NCBI GenBank assembly: GCA_040437565.1 | Contig: JBDOQK010000017.1 | Location: 372,001 to 436,000, forward strand | Length of the DNA stretch: 64,000 nt | Direction of reading: 5' to 3' | From: Albugo candida | Taxonomy: Eukaryota | Part shown: one piece after another, positions 27,118 to 38,603 of the stretch | Layout: the number at the start of each line of letters is the position of its first letter | Numbering within the stretch: position 1 is the stretch's first letter | Notes under the pieces: model-generated | What the model saw: the letters and a program-made list of their open reading frames with translations, nothing else | Databases searched by the model: none | What the model was told of the DNA's origin: nothing | Position numbers and translations under genes: made by a program

Positions 27118-27537
27118 CTATCTTCGATACACCACCTCACGAAAGCTAAAATGTCTGTGGGTATATGGCCTCCTAACAGTAAACGTACTACGGAACATGA
27201 AGAAAAAGATACTTCTTTCGCCACTGAAACGGAGACGAGCATCTGGCCTTCTTACAGTAAAATCGCTTTGGTCGAATTTACAAGTGCACCGTCCGAACAA
27301 TTGAAATGTGCAGGCTGTCTTATCCAGCACTCCGATGTATTTCTTGTTTACACTGCTGATGATGGTTATTCTGGGTACGTTTGGATGCGTCAAGCACCCT
27401 CTCACGTATTTCAACATTGCCTAACGACGCATTGCATAAGACTTACTTACGATGATGAGAAAGGACAAATAGACAGTCCGGTCGGTCTACGTCAATGGAC
27501 AGCAGAGGACATATCAAACAAATCAAAAAAAGAATAA
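27118..27537 (+). CDS. CCG/CHxC-type effector copy 4, 3' end only (5' part in the gap; status unknown)
   Basis: Open frame LSSIHHLTKAKMSVGIWPP...CAGCLIQHS...GLRQWTAED, homologous to the C-termini of copies 3 and 5. Confidence 0.75.
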   Translation, partial: LSSIHHLTKAKMSVGIWPPNSKRTTEHEEKDTSFATETETSIWPSYSKIALVEFTSAPSEQLKCAGCLIQHSDVFLVYTADDGYSGYVWMRQAPSHVFQHCLTTHCIRLTYDDEKGQIDSPVGLRQWTAEDISNKSKKE

Positions 27538-27539
27538 CA

Positions 27540-28400
27540 ATGCGTTTTGATTTATCAGCTATAGTTCTTTTGAGAATAAATACACTCCTCTGTAAGATTG
27601 CATTTGTTGAAAAGGGAAGAAGATTTATTTGATTAGCAAATTGATTGAGCTTTTCACTGTTGCAGAATTCGGATTCACCAATCGAAAAATAATTAAACTT
27701 GGAAGTTAGATCCGGCTCATCAAACACTCCTTCACATCGACAGCGCCCCTCTGGATTGCCGCTTCCATGGATAAAATGGAAGCGAACATACTCTCGTCGA
27801 GCGTTAGTATTCTCCATTTTTTACCGCTTCTCGCTTTCATTGTTTCGTCACCGTTTCGATCTACAGACTACAATACACAAAGGCAAGTTGAATTTGACCG
27901 GGATGTGTTATCAAACATGCACGAAACGTTTCCCTGTTCTCCTTTCCAGCCTCGTAGAAATGCTATTCCGGTGTGGAGTAAGGATCACTGTAAGAGTCGT
28001 CCATGCATCCGTGGATTATGCGTATGCTCTTGAAGAAAACGCGATTCCAAGTGTAGAAATAGAAAATGTTCGTCGGAAATCACATCTTCTTGTAAATGGT
28101 AGTAAAGTAATTCTGGCGGTGAAATTGATCGCTTTTTCGAGGCTTTCTTCGTAATCACACATGCTCTAGAGATTATCTAAGAAAAAACCTGTAAAAAATG
28201 TTGGGAGGAGAAACGATTCTCATCAGAATAATCGCCGATCTGAGCATCGTCCACCTTTTCGTAGTTCGTTTTTCCCGATTTGGTCACATTCTCTTCTAAT
28301 ATTATCGGACATGGCTTGGAAAGTTAAAACGGAAAATGTTGTGGCAAGAACACCCAACATACTCCTCTACAGTTTTATTCATTCGCGCAACGATAAAGTG
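27540..28400 (-). pseudogene. Convergent partner relic X, copy D (most diverged)
   Basis: EGVFDEPDLTSKFNYFSIGESEFCNSEK; nucleotide colinearity with copies B and C. Confidence 0.55.
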
Positions 28401-31400
28401 AATCCGCATCATCGCTTGCACGGTAACTTCCTCTTGCTTAACTTGGATAGCTCGTTATTTCAAATCTGTAGCGTGATACGCAGTATGCTCAGTGATAATC
28501 ATGTACTATTAAAGAATTGTAATACTTGGTCCCATTCAAACCAAATCTACTTCATCTTATAGCACAAACGGCATTGCTGTCATTTGTAGTCTGTACATTC
28601 TTGCTTAAAACGTTTTTCATATCAAAGGATACTTATCGAGGCATCGATTGGAAATCTTGAATTTGAGTGCAAGGTAGCTGAGCTGTCCCACTCGTAACTA
28701 TTTAGTAGCCTATCTTGTCAACGACAATCTAATATTATCGAGATATCTGGCGACAGCTTTGAAAACCTTCATGTTCTTTTATAGGAAGAAATTGACTCAT
28801 CATTGGTTGCCAAGGCCAGTGTGTTTCTCGGTATGATTACTGCATTCTGTAGTGTTCTAGACTTGTAAAACATATCCTATGTGCAATGAGTCGTCTGGCA
28901 CACGGCCATTGAGTGCACATCTTAGTCATAAATCAAAAGCTTGTGTAAATAGTGCGTGTTGTGGGATGTTATGGTCATTGAATGAGTCGTTTATTGGATG
29001 AACGAAATAACAAAATAGTTTTCGGAATCTTCTAAACGCGATATGATTTCCTTAAGAATGATAGCATCCGGCAATTCGATGAGATCAAGGCTGTTGCTTG
29101 ACATGAGCATTTTGGTGGATCCATTTAAATACCTCGCCTTACATTGGAACTAAAGCTGATGTTAATGAACGCATAATCAAGTCGTTTGCAGCATATGTTT
29201 CAGTACAAACATTGTCGCTATGTCAATTATTCAAATCCCGGCGCCGAGGGTTCTTCGAGCCTATCTGGGGAACATTGTGTCATATGACACCGTCAAGTGC
29301 ATATAACGAGATAAGATAGAAAGATGAAGAGTCAGATTGAATAACTTAAATACGCTTTCCATAACCCATCTCCGAATTCCATGTTCTGCGTGCTGCTGTA
29401 ACAACGTTTTCAATATTCGATCTTTATCTTCAAATCTAATTCAGAAACAGGATTTTTTTTTCTAACTCCACGTTGCGGTGAGATAAACGAAAGAAGAAGT
29501 TTCGTTGATTGTCATAAGCCCTTTCTTGTAGATGTTACAAAGACGATCCTTGTCGAAATCAATAAACACAATTAATACATCCGTTAAATACAGAGAAAAA
29601 AAAAGACGTGAGTATCTCGTCCAACGATGCCACCAGGTCTCGAAAGTCGGGCAGATGTCGAATATGGTGATACATGGATCCTGTGTGCACGATTGCTTGT
29701 GGGTTTTGGCTCATCATTATCCGCAGAAATTTTGCGAAGATGGAATGCGACCGCTTTGTTATTGCTGGTATCGTATAGATATTTGTTTCTTCTATGCACT
29801 GCAAGACGATTTCCCAATCGGATTGATCGTCGAGAAATATTTTCCAGCAAAAAGTGAACACTATTCTGAGCTTCGTTGCATATTCTTGATTGCATCCGCC
29901 ATCTCGGTAATTGATTTTCCAGCTAAAAGACGGGCCGCTTTTTTGATGAAGTAAAAGTTGAAACTACTGAGTAGTATTTTGTATCGCACTCAAATCATCC
30001 GAGTCTTCAAATGAGATACTGAGAATCGTTCAAGTTAACAAGGATGCATGAATAATCGATTACTTACTGTGAGCCCGACATCATAGAACCACATCTTCTG
30101 TTTTATTATAGATAGGCACATGGTTGTAATACTCTGTAAAGCAAGATACAAACCCCCTTGGTGAGTTTCTCGATATGCTTATTTGGTCGTCGAAGCTGTT
30201 ACATTAACCTGGCCTTTTATTGGACCGAGGTTGTAGCTTCAAGACACTCCGTTACAAAATGACATTTCTGATGAGTGAGGTTTTGATTTGCGACCGCTTG
30301 CATGAAACGCTGATTAAAAGTAGCATCCAATTGGCTATCTTGTATCAAAAAACTCTGTTTTTACATATCCATTTGATGCGTTTCGTCGCCCAACGTCTTT
30401 TTTTCTTCTATAAGAATTAAAAACTGCCCGTGTCAGGTCCACCACGCAATTTGTTATGCATTTGATAATATATATGTTCAAGATGATCTCTTCCCTATCG
30501 TGATCAACACATTCCATTCTCTGTATACCATGTGGATCAGCGCTATTGATATGAAGATCTGATTAAGACATCTCTTGCATGGTAATGATCCTAGAAACGT
30601 TTTTGGTTGAAGATTGGATTCATCATAACTTTAACACAGCCAACGCAGACTGCCATTCCAAGTACTCTGCTGGCTTTAGTCCTAAGGAAGAAGGAGAGTG
30701 GGGAATCGACGCTAAATGAAGTGTTCTATCATACATAACCACCATATAAGAGATGTGTTCAGAACGATAAAAGCTTGTTTTACAGCAATGGCGAGCATAA
30801 AAATATTCTCGGGTCTCTATAGGGGCATGTACACTCTTATTATACACCAGTATATCGTGAATCAAAAAAAAGAAGCCAATATTGTTTTCAGCATGTCAAT
30901 GACCTGAAAAGTCCGTGCAGTGCATTTTTTTCACACCATCGCTATTGGCGCATACAGAAAACAGTGTATGAATTGTAACAATGGAAAATTAATGAATGTC
31001 ACCGATAGCGATCGTGAACTTCTATTCCTTGACCAAATCAACTGAGGCTTATGAGAGGAGGTAGCTCATTACACGATGAACTTTCAAATGAATCCAGGGG
31101 TGCATAGAGGTACTCAGAGGTGACAAAAATCAGGGAGACTTCATTTACACGGCTTGTATAGATCAGACATCAGATAAGGTGTAATGTCTTTCATTAGAAG
31201 ATGACTCGCTATGATATTGTTCAGGAAAAATGATAGTGATGAAAAGCTCTTAACCAGAAACGCAAAGATCGCTTCGCCGATTCCTTCATCCTGATCCTCA
31301 CACCATGCTCCAACTATGATGGCATCGACGTTTTTGTGTTTACTATCCTATACTGATGGATTGGCATCAAATCTGAGGGTGTATGTAGTATACTGGATCC

Positions 31401-32394
31401 GAAAGGAGAAATAGTGCTGGTGCACTGAATAAAATCAAGAAGCGGCATTGGCTTGGATATAATCTTTTTGTTAAAATTCAAAAAGCCACCCTGCGCTTTT
31501 TTCGATTGATTCGGTACGATATGTATAAGCTTTCACACGGATGCTATTTGTGAAAATAGCGTGAGCTAGCATTTTCTATTGGATACAGTGGAGTTCATCT
31601 TTTACAGCTGAGTATCGAAAGTTGTAGCTTCACCCACTCGTCTTTGTTGATTTCCTCGAATTGAAAATCTGTGTAGGAATCATTAAAAGCTAGCCATATT
31701 ATTATTACTGATTCCGCTTTCACTGCTCTAATTTGAGAACTTCCCGATGAAAGATACTTGCCTCGTTTTTTCTCAGTTTGGCTTATTCACAAAAGCGCCA
31801 AGAAGTGATGATTGTTGACCAAATCAGGAAGCAGCACAGGTCCCATCTTTAAACCATCTGTGGAAAAAGGCTATGCGGGAATTTTCAACCCTCGTGCTGA
31901 TCATTTCTAATTCAATAGCGCCGTCTGGTAATGGTATTGAGCTTGTTCTTGTCGTTCTTTAGAGGAATTTAAGTGCTCCAGTAGCAAATGGTGAACTCAT
32001 TGTGATTTCTTATAGCCAAGACTAGATGCCGATATGTATTACCCATGTCACGTCGTGCTACTCCCCATTCCACTGCATCCTTTTGCTGGAAAAAAAACTT
32101 TTTAGTAATCTTATGAAGTCGCGAAGAAGGCTTTTTTGGAGGTGTTGACACCGTTAGGCAGCTTTGGTTTTAGCTAAAACCAGGAAAAGCGCGGTTACCA
32201 GGGAGGGGAAGAAGTAATCGAAGCATTTTTCAGATGAGATAGATCCACGCATACACTTTATCACGAATTTTGCCAATTTGAATCAACTAATGGGGTAAGT
32301 GAGAGACCTAGCAAAAAGGTTCTATTTAAATATCACGACTATCTTCTCACAATATTTTTCTTATAACTACGTACCATTTGGTATCAAAGTATTG

Positions 32395-34590
32395 ATAAGG
32401 GCATAGGAAGTTTTTCCCTCCTCCTTAATTCTCGCTCTGACTACATCGAGTATGAACATGGATACCAGATCATTCACGCTTCAGATTTTGGAAGCGTTTT
32501 GAATACTGGGTTGTCGTAACTCTTTATCAAATTATACGTTCTTCCAAATATGAGTACGTTTCAAATTCTTGATCTGACCCTAAACAAAAAAGCACATTAA
32601 TAACTTTTACTGATGTTAGACAATACTGTTATTAAGGACAGAAGACAAGGCCCAACTCTTCTGGTGCCTTCCCATTGTATACCGTTGCAGAGCATTCACT
32701 TGATCCGAGATTTTGAATTCGGGATTTTTGCATTGTAATTTCTATTGCCTGGGTCTTACTCTTATGCAAAGATTTTTGCGACTTCAGCACTTTCACCGAG
32801 GCCAGTACGTGCGTCCACATTTCTGGGAATGGATCACTTGACTATGAGGATGACTCGATACGAATAGCCTTACCAAATGTATTAAGTATACCACACTGGA
32901 CTAATCCGAAGCTTGCTTTTCACGCCATCCCAAGCAAACGATAGAACAATATGCTTTTGAAAGCTATCCCTCTGAATTTTCGTTTTTGACAGCAAGACAA
33001 TCCGACCTTGGCGTTTCGAAGAGTTCATATGATTCATTTTTGACCCAGTAACACAGCTGCTTAAAATAGCATTGTCCAACTATCAGTCGTCGGATCACCT
33101 ACCGAACCCTTCTTCGTCACGATCTCGTCAATTATCAGGAATTTTCAATCAGTCTATACTCTTTGATAAATTTGTTCAACATGCGTTTTATTAGCACGAG
33201 GTACGCATCACATAGCAAATAGAGATGTTCTCCGCTAGCATGATACAGTCCTATCATTTTAAACGTTTCAACTCGGATGTCAACAGAGTTGTTTTTGTAC
33301 TTGGATGAATGTCTTTCACACTATAGTTTAAAACCTTGACGCCATATCTATACATGTAAATGTGATCTCTTTCATGTTTCTTTGTCGCCGTTGCACGAGT
33401 TTCCTCTTGTACTTTTGCTGCTTTTGAATACGCAGTCAAGTCCTGGATGAGAGAAGAATGAATGAATATCACTTAATGTCAGTGCTGATAATTGAGTCTT
33501 AACAGATGCTCTCGCTGGCTTATGATACCAGTGCGTATACTTCAGAAACAATATGACCACCGCTTGGACAAGACTCGACTCTCTTGATGTTATTATCTTC
33601 AGTTACCCTTTCGATGGCTTATCAACTTCACTTTGAGCGACTCGAAGTCCTTTTAAACTTCTTACTGTTTGTACAATCACTTTCTATATTATGCGCCTTT
33701 AATATACAGATGAAGATATCATCTAAAGCTAGAACGTTGCTTCTAAAGCTAGAACATTGCTTTGTTTACCTGGAGATACATCTGAATGAACTGACCGTTA
33801 GCTACTTCTGAAGTAATTCTTGTACATATTCTCCCGTGCATGATTGTTTCAAGTATCGCACAGAGCGGTTTCCAAATAGCATAAATCTGACATTCTCGTT
33901 GAAAAAACTTCTCACCTTGGATTCTGACGATAATGCTTCGTTTGTGCAGGATTTTCGGTGATTTCCGTACGCATTAAGAAGATAGTGCAGAAAAGAGCTT
34001 AATTACAGCAAGCTCAACCTGTCATCTTCGAAGCTCTTGATGGTATCCCGTAGAAGTATCCTACGTCATAGAATGACATACCTTGCAACATTAAGTCGAA
34101 AATGGTTGGAGACATATGTCTTATCTAACAATGAGACGAGGTAATAGGAAGCAAGGAGAGCGTCATATGATGCAAAGTATTCGAGGTGAAACGAATTCGA
34201 TCTAGACAGCAAATATTCAAAAATGGCTCAACCAGTATCGAGACTCGATCGTGCACAGAAATGCTTGGTAAACAAGACCTTAGCTGCGCCTATCTTGGCA
34301 TATGCAGTCAGCGAAGTATGAAGTAATTATCACTTAGAGGGAAAGGATATCAAAGTTGAATTTCGGTATGATAATTCAGTAGACGGAAGCGCCCTTATTA
34401 CAATAGATCTGATTCATTATTGATAGTAAAGATTATGTCACACAAGAAGACATACCATGCCACATATACAAAACTTACAGAAACTTTATGCGGGGTGTTT
34501 CGCACCGACTCGACAGTAGTTCTATGCTTTCATCCATTTATCTTTTTCTCAACGCGCAGTAGAAAAGATTTGAAGTTTCTGGGTCATAGC
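32395..34590 (+). pseudogene. Diverged third copy of relic U
   Basis: Local similarity at 32403 to 2272 and at 34240-34590 to 13075-13440; the middle part was not confidently aligned. Confidence 0.4.
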
Positions 34591-34683
34591 TTTCTTTAAA
34601 TAGCGTTCATTTCAGATGAGGATAACATAATTGAATCGACCAATGACAAATCAATCTGACTATTCTCCCCCTAAAAACAAAAC

Positions 34684-36810
34684 AATGCGGAAATCAACGA
34701 TTTGGGCATGCATTCTTTCTACCTTGATCGCAAAGAATAGTGCCCAACAAAATCAGCATCAATCGGAAACGTCTGGAATACTTCATTTTTCCTCTGCAAA
34801 CAAGAATGATATCGGATCGTGCCACGGATGCATCGTGAGGGCGGTGGGCATCACGCAGATTCAATCACTGCATAGTGATTCAAACAACAGAATATACTGG
34901 ATCGAGGGAAGCAAACACATCGCTAGAGTGTTTTTAACCAATTGTAACATCTTTTTCTTGTGTGCTTTTTCAACTGAATCGTCAAATCATATCTACCAGA
35001 CTACTTCTCTATTACTCATCGTCGAGATAGCACCGCCGTAGCACATCCGAAGACAGTGAATTATGTCGAGCAAAGTATTTTTAAGTGGTCAAAACTTGTG
35101 ATTTCTCAAACGTATAAACGTCAAACAGTCGAAGCTGAAATATACCCAGAAGAATCACATCAAGAGCATAACACCTATCTTGGGTAACAGTCGAGGATAT
35201 TTCCAGCATTATTCTTCAGTGAGATAGGGACGGAACCAATTCTAAGGTCAAAGAACGGCCACAGTACCAAAGCTCCAGGCAAACAGGACGAAATTCCTAC
35301 TGATCTATCTATTCGATGTATCTATAGCTACAACAGAAAAAGAGATGCTGCATGTCGTGAATGCTTAGCGTTACACAGCAAGTCTCTTGCCATTGGTACA
35401 TTTTATATACTTTTCTCCGCACTAGGAAAACCTTCCGTCGAGCTTTACGTTTTTACTAGCGCGTACGAATCCGAATATATTATATACAAGTGTAAAACGA
35501 GGTTCTGTACCGCTCTCCTTCCGTTGGAATCAGATGTTTGTCAGAAACTTAAGAGTGTATTTCCGTCCGTTCGACGTTTTGTGGACAGTCAAGTGGTTCC
35601 TGCTTACTCAACTCACCGAAACCAAAACGGGAACCATATTCGTATCACAAAAAATGGACTTGCACCACATTTGATCAGCCGCATATTAAATCAAGTTGCT
35701 GCAAGACGATTCTCGCGTATCCGTCAAGGAAAGGAATTAAATGAAAAAGATAAACAACAATTGATGATTGGACTCAGCATCATGACCGGGAAAGAACCGA
35801 AATGCGTAATGGTCACATATTTACCCAACCAATGGAAACTATGCATCACTTGCGTAATGAGATATACAAGAAACGGCGCTCGAGTTATTATCGATTTCTC
35901 GCTTACTTATGCGACAATTCTCACGGATAGAGAGCCATATCGTCAGTGTACAGGATCATGCAGAGCTATACAGCTGCACCAAGCAGACGATTGCTCGAAA
36001 CATCTCCAAGAGCATACCCTGGATATAGAATCTCATCATCGCCTGCTAGATTCGCCATATACTAATCTTTTGATGAGTTCGTGTATGCTGTTCTACCACA
36101 CTCAAGCAAGTAAAAATAGTTGTGCTCTGTGTGTGAGAAGCACTCTTAACGTCAAAGAACAAATGCATCCGACCACACCGTTCTCATCGGTACTTGATGC
36201 TTCCGACAGCAGCCTTAAAATCATACAAGAAGTTTTTGAACAGGATACGGCTTGTCACACACCACATGGATGTAGCAGAAGACAGCAAGTGCCTAATCGG
36301 TTTTGCTCTGAGCACCGCGCTTATGTTGGTATGACTTCATATACTCAACAAACTCGAAAGAATACGATATCTTCGATTCACCAACTCACGAAAGCTACAA
36401 TCACTGTGGGTGTATGGCCTCCCAGCAGTAAACGTACGGGAGAAAATGAAAAAGGAGACGACGCTCCTTCTGAGATCCGTTTGACTCCTTTCGTCACTGA
36501 AACGAAGACGAGCATCTGGCCTTCTTACAGTAAGATCGCTTTAATCGAATTTGCAAGTGCACCGTCCGAGCAATTGAAATGTGTGGGATGTCTTATCCAG
36601 CACTCGGAAGTGTTTTTTGTTTATACTGATGATGATGGTTCTTCTGGGTACGTTTGGATGCGTCAAGCACCCTCTCACGTATTTCTACAGTGCCTAAAAA
36701 CGCATTGCATAAGCCTTACTTACGATGATGAGAAAAGCCAAATGGAACGTCCTATCGGTCTCCGTCCATGGACAATAGAGGATCTATGCTTGGAAAACAA
36801 ATTCGAATGA
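34684..36810 (+). pseudogene. CCG/CHxC-type effector copy 5: intact leader and motif, one frameshift and one stop, about 540-codon open C-terminal frame
   Basis: MRKSTIWACILSTLIAKNSAQ...GSCHGCIVRAVG; frameshift near 34985; TAA at 35185-35187; frame open from 35188 to 36810. Confidence 0.9.
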
Positions 36811-37520
36811 GCTTTTACATATCAGCAATAATTCTTCGAAGAATAAAGATGCTCCTTTGTAAGACTGCATTCTGTCAAAAAGGGATGAGATTTTGGACCT
36901 AATTCTCTGTCTTGTGGCGGACCTAAAGACACGAGCAATTTCATTAAACTTTCCACTGTTGCAGAAACCGGATGAACCAATCGAACAAAAATTGACCATC
37001 AATTTTACATCTGACCCATTCAGCATTCCTTCAAGTCGGCAGACCTCACTCTTGATTGCCGCTTTATCAAAGAAAATGAAAGCAAACATGATCTCGTCGA
37101 GCATTAGTATTCTCCATCCATGTACAGCTTCTCTTTTTCAGTGATTCAGTATCGTATCGATATGCACACTTCAATACCCAAGCGTATGTCTTCTTTGACA
37201 TTGTCTGCGTAAAACTAACGACATGGATGAATTGTGTGTTATCAAACATAAACAATGCATGTTTGGAGGCAAATCCACAGGGCTAGAATTCGGTAAGGTA
37301 TGCTCACATACTCCTTCACATTTTGCATACATCGGCGCACAAGGTGGAGTAAATAAGTTGTATCGACTCGGCAGAAGTCGCATTGTACCTTGAAGAGAGA
37401 GAATGAAAATCAAGTTCCTCTGTAGATGAGAATGTAAGCATACAAAGATTCGTTCATTTCTTCTCCCTTTTGTATTCAAAGAAAACTTTCGTTAGTGACT
37501 TTGGTCCAAATTTTGCAGTC
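36784..37520 (-). pseudogene. Convergent partner relic X, copy E (internal deletion relative to B)
   Basis: MLDEIMFAFIFFDKAAIKSEVCRLEGMLNGSDVKLMVNFCSIG and HCLCLITHNSSMSL; about 0.3 kb present in copy B is missing near 37305. Confidence 0.6.
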
Positions 37521-38603
37521 TCAAAATCCTTTTAATTATTCTATAGCACCTTTCTCCTCACTTTACGAAAAGAGAGTATTCGATGATCATTTAGCACTCG
37601 TTTTCGTAGCCCATAGAAGTCGACTTCGCGTAGTTATACTAAAAGATTCCTTCACGTAGAATTGAGCCAAAAGTGTGCATCTCTAGACGAGACCGAAGAA
37701 TACTTCGATCTAGGTTCAATATGGTACCGCGCTGTAATCCTTTTTACGTCGAAGGCTGTTGATAGCATTCAAAACGCGACCACCGATATATTTTACATTG
37801 TCTGAGGATCAATCATAATGTGAGCATACAGAAAGAGAGTATAATTTTTTATATCAGCCTCAAATCTCGGCATGAAATAAAAGACATGGGAATGAAGAAT
37901 TACCGCAACAACGTTAAATGGCGTTTATGAGCTAGTCTGTTGTTTCATTTTCGTATTCATCAGCTCTTGAAAGGCATAGAGATACGCCAAGTTTTCGCTT
38001 TAGGTGAGTATGTCTATTTAGTAATATCACACTCCTGTATGAACATATAAGTAATATAAAGCAATTTCAGTCCATTCGAAATTTTAAAATCAATCGCAAC
38101 AGAGACAAACACTCTGACATCACTTTGGTTTCCTTTTGAATCAAAGTTCAACAACAAAAGGAAATGCGNNNNNNNNNNNNNNNNNNNNNNNNNNNNNNNN
38201 NNNNNNNNNNNNNNNNNNNNNNNNNNNNNNNNNNNNNNNNNNNNNNNNNNNNNNNNNNNNNNNNNNNNCAGAAAGAGAGTATAATTTTTTATATCAGCCT
38301 CAAATCTCGGCATGAAATAAAAGACATGGGAATGAAGAATTACCGCAACAACGTTAAATGGCGTTTATGAGCTAGTCTGTTGTTTCATTTTCGTATTCAT
38401 CAGCTCTTGAAAGGCATAGAGATACGCCAAGTTTTCGCTTTAGGTGAGTATGTCTATTTAGTAATATCACACTCCTGTATGAACATATAAGTAATATAAA
38501 GCAATTTCAGTCCATTCGAAATTTTAAAATCAATCGCAACAGAGACAAACACTCTGACATCACTTTGGTTTCCTTTTGAATCAAAGTTCAACAACAAAAG
38601 GAA

